NCBI GenBank assembly: GCA_035623975.1
Contig: DASPSK010000325.1
Coordinates: 1-35,401 of the forward strand
Direction: 5' to 3'
Source of the DNA: Acidimicrobiales bacterium
GTDB taxonomy: Bacteria; Actinomycetota; Acidimicrobiia; Acidimicrobiales; Bog-793
Length of the DNA: 35,401 nucleotides
Shown here: piece by piece, positions 26,147 through 34,696 of the stretch
How the letters are laid out: each line of letters begins with the position of its first letter
Numbering within the stretch: the first letter of the stretch is position 1
Notes under the pieces: generated by a model
What the model saw: the letters and a program-made list of their open reading frames with translations, nothing else
What the model was told of the DNA's origin: nothing
Database searches by the model: none
Program-made: the position numbers and the translations under genes

Positions 26147-27721
26147 ATGAAGGAGCTCGTCGGGGGACAGATACTGCTACCAGCGTGGGACCGCTGGGCG
26201 TCGACAGTGGCCTTCCATGACGGTGACTACCACGCCGACTACGCCCAGCATGGCGACCGCGTGCTCCGCCTCGCCAACGCCATGCACGACGAGCTCGGGC
26301 TGTCACGCAGCGACCCGTTTGCCGTGCTGGCGGTGAACAGCCACGAGTACCTCGAGCTCTACCATGCCGCCTTCCTCGGGGCCGGCATCATCAACCCGCT
26401 CAACCTTCGGCTGGCGCCCCGCGAGCTGCAGGGCATCCTGGCCGATTCCGAAGTCGAGGTCATGTTCGTCGACGAGTTCTTCGCCGACCATCTGCAACGC
26501 GCCATCGCTCCGGTCCGCCGGGAGCTCGCCTTGCGCAAGGTCGTGCTCATCGGGGACGGCGAGCACGAGTGCGACCTCCGTTACTCCCAGCTTCTCGAGC
26601 TCGGGCATCCGGGCGTCCCCGAAGAGCCGGAGGAGAGCGACCCGGTCGTGCTCATGTACACCGGCGGCACGACGGGGCTGCCGAAGGGAGCCCTGCTCGA
26701 CCAGCGGGCCGAGATGCTGAACCTGCACCACATCGCCATGGCCGTCGACCTCGAACCCGGCCGCGTCTACCTGCACCAGGTTCCCATGTTCCATGCCGCC
26801 TCCATGGTCGCCATCCTCGGCATCCCCGCCATCGGCGGCATCTCGGTCTTCCAGTCCCTCTTCGAGCCCGCAGCCGTCATGAAGCTGACCGAGGAGTACC
26901 AGGTCGACTGGACGACGGTGGTCCCGACCATGCTCGCCATGATCCTCAACCACCCTGAGTTCCGCCCGGAGCGATTCGCCTCCATGCGCGACCTCGTCTA
27001 CGGCGCCGCCCCCATGCCGCCCGCCCTCCTCGACCGGGTACGCCAGCTGCTCCCCCACGTCGCCCTCTGGCAGTGCTACGGCATGACGGAGTGCTCGTCA
27101 GTGCTGACGATGCTCACGGACACAGACCACGCCGCCGGCGGGAATTGCCTGCGCTCGGCCGGCCGGCCGGTCCTCGGCGTGCGCCTCTGCATCCAGGACC
27201 GGGGTGGCAACATCCTCCGGCCCCGCGAGGAGGGCGAGGTCTGCGCACGGGCGGGCAATTTCCTGCGTGAGTACTGGCACCGGCCGAAGGAGACAGAGGC
27301 GGCCATGCACGACGGTTGGTACCACACCGGCGACATCGGGTACCTCGACGAGGACGGCTACCTGTACCTCGTCGACCGTTCCAACGACATGATCGTGAGC
27401 GGAGGCGAGAACGTGTACTCGATCGAGGTCGAGAACGCCCTCAGCGACCACCCCGCCGTGGCCGAGGTCGCCGTCATCGGCATCCCGCACGAGACCTGGG
27501 GTGAGCAGGTGCATGCGGTCGTCGTTCCCCACCCGGGCGCTGAGGTCACCGTCGAGGAGCTGCAGGCGCATGCCCGCAGGACCATCGCGGGCTACAAGGT
27601 GCCGAAGTCGATCGAGTTCCGCTCTGAGCCGCTCCCGCTGTCGGGCACCCTGAAGCCGCTCAAGCGGGAGTTGCGTCAGCAGCACCTCGACCGCGTCCAA
27701 CCGGTCGAGGGCGCCCCCTGA
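26147..27721 (+). CDS. AMP-dependent acyl-CoA synthetase/ligase (FadD-like)
   Basis: AMP-binding motif MYTGGTTGLPKGA. Also WYHTGDIGYLDEDGYLYLVDR and the C-terminal lysine motif YKVPKSIEF. AGGAGGGGG RBS upstream of the ATG at 26147. Confidence 0.9.
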   Translation: MKELVGGQILLPAWDRWASTVAFHDGDYHADYAQHGDRVLRLANAMHDELGLSRSDPFAVLAVNSHEYLELYHAAFLGAGIINPLNLRLAPRELQGILADSEVEVMFVDEFFADHLQRAIAPVRRELALRKVVLIGDGEHECDLRYSQLLELGHPGVPEEPEESDPVVLMYTGGTTGLPKGALLDQRAEMLNLHHIAMAVDLEPGRVYLHQVPMFHAASMVAILGIPAIGGISVFQSLFEPAAVMKLTEEYQVDWTTVVPTMLAMILNHPEFRPERFASMRDLVYGAAPMPPALLDRVRQLLPHVALWQCYGMTECSSVLTMLTDTDHAAGGNCLRSAGRPVLGVRLCIQDRGGNILRPREEGEVCARAGNFLREYWHRPKETEAAMHDGWYHTGDIGYLDEDGYLYLVDRSNDMIVSGGENVYSIEVENALSDHPAVAEVAVIGIPHETWGEQVHAVVVPHPGAEVTVEELQAHARRTIAGYKVPKSIEFRSEPLPLSGTLKPLKRELRQQHLDRVQPVEGAP

Positions 27722-27730
27722 GAGCCGCCC

Positions 27731-28507
27731 TCAGGTCCGCACGGCGGCGCCCCCGGAGCGGGGAACGCTGCGATTGACGATTTCCAGCTGCTGGGCGGTC
27801 TGACGGCGGAGGGCGGACAGCTGGTTCGATGTGAGCACGTGGCAGACCCAGTCCCAGTGCAGCGCCACCCACTCCCCGGGCTGTGGAGGAGCGATGAAGG
27901 CACGGCCGTCGTGTCGCCAGGGCAGCGTCTCGTCTCGCAAACTGCCGAGCACGAGCGACGCCCCCGTCCAGAGAAGGCCCTGCCCACGCACGCTCACCTC
28001 GTCGCCGGCCAGATCCTGCACGCGCCCCCACCGCACACGGCACTTCTCGAGGACGCGCAACGGCTCGGGTGAGCGCCCGGCCTTCAGCAATGCCACCCAC
28101 GGGTAGACGGAGAAGACGTGGAAGTTGTGATGCGGGCATGCTCCCGGGTCGAGCTCGCCCCTCTGGCGCCGCCCGGCGTCAAGGCCGGGGAGGAAGCGCC
28201 CGTGGACGAGCGCCCGCAAGCTCGCCCGTGAGACGCCCTCGAGCAGACCGTTACCGATCCAGTAGGCCTCCACGACGCGGGCATCGAGCGGATCGTCGAT
28301 GCCGTTGGCGTCCGCGATCAGCTCGAGGTAGGGCCACGCCCCTTCGAAACCCCGCGCCAGCCCCCGAAGTACGTGACCCTCACCACCGTCGGCGGCCTGC
28401 TCGAGGAGCGCCTCAGGGTCGTCCGGTCCGCACAGCCCGAGGGAGTTGGGCGGATAGGCGAAACGAGCAAAGAGCGAGGCGCCCGCGGGCGCCGCCTTGG
28501 GACCCAC
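27731..28507 (-). CDS. conserved hypothetical protein at the tail of the hydrogenase operon (resembles what I recall as DUF6390)
   Basis: GTG start lies 3 nt after the hypC stop. The sequence is protein-like with conserved-looking Cys/His patches (LGLCGPDD, GACPHHNFHVFSVYPW, WDWVCH). The family name is from memory and needs an HMM check. Confidence 0.6.
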   Translation of the reverse strand: MGPKAAPAGASLFARFAYPPNSLGLCGPDDPEALLEQAADGGEGHVLRGLARGFEGAWPYLELIADANGIDDPLDARVVEAYWIGNGLLEGVSRASLRALVHGRFLPGLDAGRRQRGELDPGACPHHNFHVFSVYPWVALLKAGRSPEPLRVLEKCRVRWGRVQDLAGDEVSVRGQGLLWTGASLVLGSLRDETLPWRHDGRAFIAPPQPGEWVALHWDWVCHVLTSNQLSALRRQTAQQLEIVNRSVPRSGGAAVRT

Positions 28508-28510
28508 GGC

Positions 28511-28762
28511 TCAGCGACTCCTGGCGGCGTGCGCCCGCATCTGCGCGTGGGCCCGAACGAGCTCGCGGGCCTCGTCGTCGCCCAGCACGCGCACGGCCAG
28601 TCCCGTGTGGATCAGCAACCAATCGCCCGGCATCACCTCGACTCCGTCGAATTGCAGCAGCGCGACCGAGGCGCGCCGCCTCGAGCCCTCGACGGCGACG
28701 ATCACCACGCCGCTCTCGGCGTCCTCGACGGCGACGACCTGGCCGATCTGCTCGACGCACAT
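28511..28762 (-). CDS. hypC: HypC/HybG/HupF-family hydrogenase maturation chaperone (83 aa)
   Basis: Starts MCVEQIGQVVAV with the invariant Met-Cys. Also has ...PGDWLLIHTGLAV. Its ATG shares one base with the protease stop (TGATG). Confidence 0.85.
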   Translation of the reverse strand: MCVEQIGQVVAVEDAESGVVIVAVEGSRRRASVALLQFDGVEVMPGDWLLIHTGLAVRVLGDDEARELVRAHAQMRAHAARSR

Positions 28763-29238
28763 CAGCCGGAGGTCTCCCCGCCACCCGGCGCCGTCTTCAG
28801 CAGATCCTCGAGGAGAGCCTCGAGGGCCTCTTCCACCGGCGGCGAGAGACCGACACCGTCGCTGACATCGCCCGCCTCGATTCCCAGCAGCAGGAGGTGC
28901 TCCGGCAGGCGGTCGAGGGCGCGGCCGAGCTCGATCGCCTCGGCCACCCCGAGACCGTGCGTGCTCACGGCCGCCACCGGGGCGGCGGCGTCCCACTGGC
29001 CCTGGACGCACTCGAAGCGGTGGAGATCGCCTGGCCGCCCCCCCGAGTCGACGGCGTCGACGAGCACGACCCTCTCCCAGCCGGACCAGCGCTGTACGAG
29101 CGCCACGGGCTCGCCGCTCTCCTCGACGAGATCCGCGTCCTGCACGCCGCGCTGGCGCAGCCGCTCGATGGCGGCGATGCCGACGCCGTCGTCATGGCGG
29201 AAGGGGTTGCCGACTCCGATGATGAGCGCCCTGCTCAC
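28762..29238 (-). CDS. [NiFe]-hydrogenase maturation endopeptidase (HycI/HoxW-type, 158 aa)
   Basis: Contains LIIGVGNPFRHDDGVG, LVDAVD and STHGLG motifs. GTG at 29238 overlaps the large-subunit stop (GTGA). Confidence 0.85.
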   Translation of the reverse strand: MSRALIIGVGNPFRHDDGVGIAAIERLRQRGVQDADLVEESGEPVALVQRWSGWERVVLVDAVDSGGRPGDLHRFECVQGQWDAAAPVAAVSTHGLGVAEAIELGRALDRLPEHLLLLGIEAGDVSDGVGLSPPVEEALEALLEDLLKTAPGGGETSG

Positions 29239-30242
29239 CTCGACACCCGATCCACCCGGAGATCGAGGAAGTGCGTGGCGCAGGAGATGCACGGGTCGTA
29301 ATTGCGGATCGTGTGCTCGCAGCGCGCCGTCAGTGCGAGATCGTCGAGGTGGAGGTTGGCTTGCACGACGTGGGTCAGGTCGTGCTCGATCGCTCGCTGG
29401 TTCTGCGAGGTCGGAGGAACGATCGTCGCCGCCATGATCACACCGTCGGCGTCTATCTCGTAGCGGTGGTAGAGGAGGCCGCGGGGTGCCTCGCTGGCAC
29501 CGTGGCCGATGGCCGCACGCGGCACGACCTCTACGGCGGGTGCGGGGGGAGGCACGTACTCCGCGATGAGCCGGAGCGCCTCTTCACAGGCGGCCACCAC
29601 CTCGACCGCCCGCACCACGATGCTCTGGAACGGGTTGCGGCACACGGGCCCGAGCCCGGCGTCGGCCGCCGCCTTGCGGGCTACGGCGGGCAGGAGGCCG
29701 TGGCTGAGGCTGTAGCGGGCAAGCGGCCCGACGACGTACTCCCCCCCGTCCCAGCGCGCGTGCAGGGCGTTGCTGTGCTCGACGTGCTCCTCTCGAATGT
29801 GGTGCGAGAACTCCGAGACAGGAATGTCGAGCCGGCCGCTCACCGATCCGATCCTTCTTCCCATGATTGGGTACTCGGCGCCGTCCGCGAGGGCCACGAG
29901 CTCCCAGTCGCCTTCGTAGGCCGGGATGGGAAACCCCGCCACCCACTCCACGGTCTCGAGCGCCGCCCGCCGCGCCCACTCCAGCTCGGGAACCAACTCG
30001 GCGAGCTCGCTCGGCGCCGGCAGGCGGTAGAAACCCCCCACGCGCACGTTGACCGGGTGGATCGCCCGACCACCGATCACCTCGAGGAGCCGGTTGCCGA
30101 TCTTCTTCAGGCGCAGCCCTCGCTCCACGACGGCCCGGTGGTCCTTCGCCATCGAGATGGCACCGTCGTAGCCGAGGAAGTCCGGCGCATGCAGCATGTA
30201 GATGTGGAGGGCGTGGCTCTCGATCCACTCGCCGCAGTAGAG
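29235..30242 (-). CDS. hyhL: group 3b [NiFe]-hydrogenase large (alpha) subunit, C-terminal 335 codons downstream of an in-frame TAG
   Basis: Reads LYCGEWIESHALHIYMLHAPDFLG...PRGLLYHRY...VPPTSQN...RNYDPCISCATH (C-terminal Ni-ligand motif). It is in the same frame as the fragment 30243-30542. The first ATG, used as the track ORF start, is at 30197. Confidence 0.8.
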   Translation of the reverse strand, partial: LYCGEWIESHALHIYMLHAPDFLGYDGAISMAKDHRAVVERGLRLKKIGNRLLEVIGGRAIHPVNVRVGGFYRLPAPSELAELVPELEWARRAALETVEWVAGFPIPAYEGDWELVALADGAEYPIMGRRIGSVSGRLDIPVSEFSHHIREEHVEHSNALHARWDGGEYVVGPLARYSLSHGLLPAVARKAAADAGLGPVCRNPFQSIVVRAVEVVAACEEALRLIAEYVPPPAPAVEVVPRAAIGHGASEAPRGLLYHRYEIDADGVIMAATIVPPTSQNQRAIEHDLTHVVQANLHLDDLALTARCEHTIRNYDPCISCATHFLDLRVDRVSR

Positions 30243-30542
30243 CTAGCGTCGCAGGGCGCCAAGCTGCCCGTCCACGACGGCTCCGCAGGCGTCCTCGATC
30301 GCCAGGCAGGCGCTCATCTGGTAGGCGACCGGGCAGATCCCGCAGATGCGAGCCGTGATGTCGGGAGGCTCTTCGAAACCTCTCCCTCGCAAGAAGGCCT
30401 CGAAGAACCGCGGAGGCTCGTAGATGTTCAGCTGCACATCGGTCAGCTCACCGTCGGTGATGGTCACGTGCAGCGCCCCTTCGCCCTCCACGCGGGTCAG
30501 GGCGTGGACGTCGAGGCTCCGCGTGCCGTTCCCATGGGTCAT
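30243..30542 (-). CDS. hyhL: group 3b [NiFe]-hydrogenase large (alpha) subunit, N-terminal 99 codons ending at an in-frame TAG (30243-30245)
   Basis: Reads [22 protein letters not shown]...[17 protein letters not shown] (N-terminal RxCGxC Ni-ligand motif). ATG at 30542 with GAGAGAGG upstream. Confidence 0.8.
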   Translation of the reverse strand: MTHGNGTRSLDVHALTRVEGEGALHVTITDGELTDVQLNIYEPPRFFEAFLRGRGFEEPPDITARICGICPVAYQMSACLAIEDACGAVVDGQLGALRR

Positions 30543-30555
30543 GTCGGGACCTCTC

Positions 30556-31323
30556 TCATGGCTGGCCGACCTCGCGAAAACCTGCGGCGTCGGCGTTGAA
30601 GGTGTGAAAGACCCGCCTGATAGCGCCGTCGGACATGGGAGCGGACCGGAGGAGCTGTACGAACGCCGTGGCGTTGATGGTGTCGGCCGGACCGTAGCAG
30701 CCGTAGCAGCCGCGGTTGAACGCCGGGCAGATCGCTCCACAGCCGGCATGGGTGACCGGTCCGAGGCAGGGAGTCCCGTGTGCCACCGTGACGCAGGTCG
30801 TTCCTCGGCGCTTGCACTCCACGCACACCGAGGCGGACTGCAGGCGCGGCGGCTTGCCGAGCAGATAGGAGGAGACCACGTGCAGGAGCTGGGACTTGTT
30901 GACCGGACAGCCGCGCAGCTCGAAGTCCACGCTGACGTGCTGCGACATCGGCGTCGAGGTCGCCAGTGTCTCGATGTACGCCGGCTCGGCATAGACGATG
31001 GAGGTGTACTCCTCCACGTCGGCAAAATTGCGCAGCGCCTGCACGCCGCCCGCCGTGGCGCACGCACCGATCGAGATGAGCACCTTCGACTGCGCCCGGA
31101 TCTGGCGGATCCGCTCGACATCGTCGGCCGTCGTCACCGACCCTTCGACGATGGACAGATCGTAGGGACCTGCCACCGACGTGCTCGCCGCCTCGAGGAA
31201 ATGGGCGAAGTCGACCGCGCCGGCCACCGCCAGCAGCTCGTCCTCGCAATCGAGCAGCGTCAGCTGGCAGCCGTCGCAGGAGGCGAACTTCCACACGGCG
31301 ACTTGGGGAAGTCCCGGGCTCAC
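30556..31323 (-). CDS. hyhS: group 3b [NiFe]-hydrogenase small (delta) subunit, NuoB-like Fe-S protein (255 aa)
   Basis: Contains [23 protein letters not shown] and GCP, plus distal Cys clusters ([28 protein letters not shown]). GTG at 31323 overlaps the gamma stop (GTGA). Confidence 0.85.
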   Translation of the reverse strand: MSPGLPQVAVWKFASCDGCQLTLLDCEDELLAVAGAVDFAHFLEAASTSVAGPYDLSIVEGSVTTADDVERIRQIRAQSKVLISIGACATAGGVQALRNFADVEEYTSIVYAEPAYIETLATSTPMSQHVSVDFELRGCPVNKSQLLHVVSSYLLGKPPRLQSASVCVECKRRGTTCVTVAHGTPCLGPVTHAGCGAICPAFNRGCYGCYGPADTINATAFVQLLRSAPMSDGAIRRVFHTFNADAAGFREVGQP

Positions 31324-32174
31324 AGCTCGCGGACCTCCAGTAGCGGTTGCGCCACGTCCCAGGTGACGACGGGACCGTCCGTGCAGACGAACGAGCCCGC
31401 CAGCTGGCAATGGCCACAGTGGGCGATGGCGCACTGCATGTTCCGCTCGAGCGACACCTGGATGCGCTCGGCGGCCACCCCCCGCTCGACGAGGTGGAGG
31501 GCCACGAAACGCATCATCACCTCAGGTCCGCAGACCATTGCCACGGTGCGACCCGGGTCGATGGGCACCCGGGGGAGCTCGTTGGTCACGATGCCCACGT
31601 TTCCCTGCCAGTCCTCGGACCCACGGTCGACGATCGTCCGTACCGTGATGGCGCCCTCGCGCCACCAACCGTCGAGCTCGGAGCGGAACAGCAGCTCCTC
31701 GGCGCTCCGGGCACCCACGACGAGTGAGACACCGCGAAAGGCGGATCGCTCGGCCAGGGCCGCGTGCACCACCGGACGCAGGGGAGCAAGCCCGATGCCG
31801 CCGGCGACGATGACGACATCACCGTCCCGGGCGGAGTCGACGTCCCAACCGCGGCCGAAAGGCCCGCGGATTCCGACGACGTCTCCGCGCTCCTTGGCGC
31901 AGAGGGCACCCGTCACCCCGCCGACGTCGCGCACGGTATGGACGAGAACGCCCTCGCCCGTCGTGGCGCTGGCGGAGATGGGCGCCTCACCCACGCCCCA
32001 GGACCAGAGCATGTTGAACTGCCCAGGTGCGATCGCCGGGACCGGCTCGCTCTCTGCCTCGAGCGTCATCGTCACGGTGACGTCGGTCTCGTGCACCGTG
32101 CTCACCACCCGGTAGAGCACGGGTCGCATGGGGCCACCGGCCCGGACGGCCTCGGAGCCTTCAGGCACGATCAT
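31320..32174 (-). CDS. hyhG: group 3b hydrogenase gamma subunit (FAD/NAD(P)-binding, AsrB-like, C-terminal 2Fe-2S)
   Basis: Ferredoxin-reductase-type fold ([30 protein letters not shown]) and a C-terminal [11 protein letters not shown]...C cluster. Start at 32174 (ATG, 14-nt overlap with the upstream gene) or at 32129. Confidence 0.8.
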   Translation of the reverse strand: MIVPEGSEAVRAGGPMRPVLYRVVSTVHETDVTVTMTLEAESEPVPAIAPGQFNMLWSWGVGEAPISASATTGEGVLVHTVRDVGGVTGALCAKERGDVVGIRGPFGRGWDVDSARDGDVVIVAGGIGLAPLRPVVHAALAERSAFRGVSLVVGARSAEELLFRSELDGWWREGAITVRTIVDRGSEDWQGNVGIVTNELPRVPIDPGRTVAMVCGPEVMMRFVALHLVERGVAAERIQVSLERNMQCAIAHCGHCQLAGSFVCTDGPVVTWDVAQPLLEVREL

Positions 32175-32631
32175 GGCCGAAGAGGTCGAGCAGCCGCAGC
32201 CGGGCCGACTCGAGGCGTTCCTCCATGATGGTGGCCACCGCCGTCATCAGGCGGAACCCCGCCGCCGGGTTCTCCTCCAGGTACGGGAGGATGCAGTCGG
32301 CGTGCAGCTCGATGGCGCGCACGTGCTCGACGGCGACGGCGTCGAAGTGCCAGAGGTAGGGGGGAAGCACCCACGACCAGCCCATGATGTCGCCGGTCTG
32401 CAGCGTCTCGAGCCCGACAAGCCCTTTGCTGGGAACGTGCACGCCCACTTTCACCCGACCGGCGCGGATGGCGAAGAAACTCCTGGCGGGCGTGCCTTCA
32501 GTGCACAGGGCGGCGCCCGCCTCGAACACCACGTTGGTGGCGCACTCAGCCAGCCGCCGCGTGAGCTCGTCGGGCAGCTGCTGGAAGAAACGGTGGGCGG
32601 CCAGCTCCTCAGTCATCGTCGTCGGTCGCAT
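32161..32631 (-). CDS. cNMP-binding-fold protein with a degenerate phosphate-binding cassette, embedded in the hydrogenase operon (156 aa)
   Basis: ATG at 32631 lies 1 nt after the beta-subunit stop. Beta-barrel pattern [46 protein letters not shown]. The usual GE..AL....R[ST]A cassette is replaced by [19 protein letters not shown]. Confidence 0.75.
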   Translation of the reverse strand: MRPTTMTEELAAHRFFQQLPDELTRRLAECATNVVFEAGAALCTEGTPARSFFAIRAGRVKVGVHVPSKGLVGLETLQTGDIMGWSWVLPPYLWHFDAVAVEHVRAIELHADCILPYLEENPAAGFRLMTAVATIMEERLESARLRLLDLFGHDRA

Positions 32632-32632
32632 C

Positions 32633-33814
32633 TCAGGTGACCCCCTTTGCCGAAGCAGTTTCGTCAGTGCCGCGTATGGCTCGCACCTCTTCGGTGATGT
32701 CGATGCCGACAGGGCACCAGGCGATGCACCGCCCGCAGCCCACGCAGCCCGACACACCGAACTGGTCCCACCACGTTGACAGCTTGTGCGTCATCCACTG
32801 CCGGTAACGGGACTTCGTCGAGACCCGGAGCGAGCCGCCGTGGACGTACGAATGGCTGAGCTGGAAGCAGGACGACCATTCGCGCACCCGCTCGTCGATG
32901 CCGGAGGCCGCACTCGGCTGATCGCTGACGTCGGCGCAGAAACACGTCGGGCACGCCATGGTGCAGTTGCCGCACGACAGGCAGCGATTGGCGACATCGT
33001 CCCAGCGAGGGTGGTTCGTCGCCTCCCGCAGTATCCCGGGCAGACGGTCGGTGTTCATCGACCTCTGCATCCGCCCGACCGCTGTCTCGATGACGCTCGC
33101 CGCCGCCTCCAGCTCGGCGTCCCCGGCCGCCCGGGAGGTGAGACCGGCGGCCACGGCCTGCCCGCGATCGGTCACCACCTGGACGACGAAGCGGTGCCGG
33201 CTCGGGACGGCCGGATCGAGCTCGGTGAGAATCAGATCCGCGCCGACCCCGACCTCAGGGCCTGTGCCCATCGAAGCACAGAAGCACGTCGATGCCGGGT
33301 CGCTGCAGTTGACACCGACGAGGAACAGCCCCTCGCGGCGGCCCCCGTAGACCGGGTCCGCATAGCGCCCGTGCACGAAGACCCTGTCCTGCACCCCGAT
33401 AGCGGCCAGGTCGCACGCACGGATGCCGAAGAAGGCCAGGGGCGACCGGGCCGGCGGCTGCTCCTCGAAGATCACGCGATCGCCCTCACGGCGGGACCGC
33501 CAGAGCACCGACCGGGGGGGGAACAGATAGCGCTTCCAGGTCCCGGCCGGGGCGGCGAAGCCGAAGAAGGCATCGTCGCCCCGTTCGGCCAAGCGGTACC
33601 TGCCGGGCTCCTGGGCGTCACCCCAACCCCGCGGGAGCTGGCTGGCGGACGTGATGGGCTCGATGACGACGGAGCCGTCACGCACCGTCGGCCCGAGCAC
33701 CTCGTAGCCCGCCTGGGCGAGTGCGGCCAGCAGCTCGTCGAGGCCGGACGGCTCGATCACCACATGAGCGCGAGCCGACGCGGGCGAAGGAGGCACGTAC
33801 GCAGACTGCCTCAC
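32633..33814 (-). CDS. hyhB: group 3b hydrogenase beta subunit (4Fe-4S dicluster protein, AsrA-like)
   Basis: Contains [16 protein letters not shown] and [12 protein letters not shown] ferredoxin-type motifs, plus the upstream [10 protein letters not shown]. 393 aa with a GTG start. Confidence 0.85.
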   Translation of the reverse strand: MRQSAYVPPSPASARAHVVIEPSGLDELLAALAQAGYEVLGPTVRDGSVVIEPITSASQLPRGWGDAQEPGRYRLAERGDDAFFGFAAPAGTWKRYLFPPRSVLWRSRREGDRVIFEEQPPARSPLAFFGIRACDLAAIGVQDRVFVHGRYADPVYGGRREGLFLVGVNCSDPASTCFCASMGTGPEVGVGADLILTELDPAVPSRHRFVVQVVTDRGQAVAAGLTSRAAGDAELEAAASVIETAVGRMQRSMNTDRLPGILREATNHPRWDDVANRCLSCGNCTMACPTCFCADVSDQPSAASGIDERVREWSSCFQLSHSYVHGGSLRVSTKSRYRQWMTHKLSTWWDQFGVSGCVGCGRCIAWCPVGIDITEEVRAIRGTDETASAKGVT

Positions 33815-33892
33815 ACCGAGCGAGTTCTCAAGGGCTGGAAGTCCTCAGCTTCCGGGTCCAACGACCATGGCACGAGGATGTCGACGGTCCCA

Positions 33893-34681
33893 TCACGCAT
33901 CCGTCGACGCGCCGGCCTGGCGGACGAGCAGTCGGGCGGCGCCAAGGCCTCCTTCCACGGACACCGCCGCCGCGTAAGGGGCGCCCACCTCGAGGTCAGA
34001 GAGTGCCCACGGTTGCTGGCCCATGTTGACCCGCCCGAGGTCCCGCTCGAGACGAACGACGTCGCCGGTGGTGTCGATGGCGTCCCACGCCACCGAGAGG
34101 CCCACCCCGACCGCTTTCAGGAAGGCCTCCTTCCTCGCCCAGGTGCGGTAGAAGGCGTCCCGCCGTGCCGGACCATGAAGGCGCGAGAGCGCCGCCTGTT
34201 CCCCGGGGGAGAGGAAACGGTCCTCCAGCGCCGCCAGGTCCGTGTCGGATCTGCACTCCTCGACGTCGACGCCGACCTCGCGGCCGGTCCCGAAGGCATA
34301 GAGGGCCAGTCCGCCCGAACGCGACATGCTGAAGCGCAGCCCGGACGAAGCCGGCCAAGACAGCTCCGGCTTGCCGGCTTCTCCGGTCCGGTACTCGATC
34401 CGATCGAGCTCCAGCCCGAGTCGGCCGGCGAGGAGGCGCCGCAACCAGAGATGGCTGGCGACATAGCGGCGGCGATCGCCTTCGCGCCGGATGCGGGCCG
34501 CCCGCGCCCGCTCAGGCGCCGACAGCAACGAGATGCCGTCGGGGTCACCGCAGCCGCGGTCGAGCTCGACGCTCCACAGCTCGACGTCACCGGCAACGAC
34601 CGGGCCCGCCGTGACAGGGGACAACGCCTCAGCCCACTCTCGCTCGTCCGGCTTCGATCGGCCTGCCCACTCGGCCACCAC
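33893..34681 (-). CDS. Sfp-type 4'-phosphopantetheinyl transferase
   Basis: Contains GKPEL, RFSMSRSG, GVDVE and FYRTWARKEAFLKAVGVGL (the W/KEA motif). The start is uncertain: GTG at 34681 or 34678, or TTG at 34624. Upstream ATGs lie in low-GC3 sequence antisense to yjbQ. Confidence 0.75.
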   Translation of the reverse strand: MVAEWAGRSKPDEREWAEALSPVTAGPVVAGDVELWSVELDRGCGDPDGISLLSAPERARAARIRREGDRRRYVASHLWLRRLLAGRLGLELDRIEYRTGEAGKPELSWPASSGLRFSMSRSGGLALYAFGTGREVGVDVEECRSDTDLAALEDRFLSPGEQAALSRLHGPARRDAFYRTWARKEAFLKAVGVGLSVAWDAIDTTGDVVRLERDLGRVNMGQQPWALSDLEVGAPYAAAVSVEGGLGAARLLVRQAGASTDA

Positions 34682-34696
34682 CGTACTGTCTCGACC

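Noticed and set aside
30243-30245. Possibility that the in-frame stop in hyhL encodes selenocysteine or pyrrolysine.
   Set aside because: The codon is TAG, not TGA, and it is far from the C-terminal Cys position where NiFeSe enzymes carry Sec. No pyl genes or PYLIS-like context are visible in the window, and pyrrolysine use would be very unusual for this apparent lineage. It is kept only as an unexplained nonsense codon.
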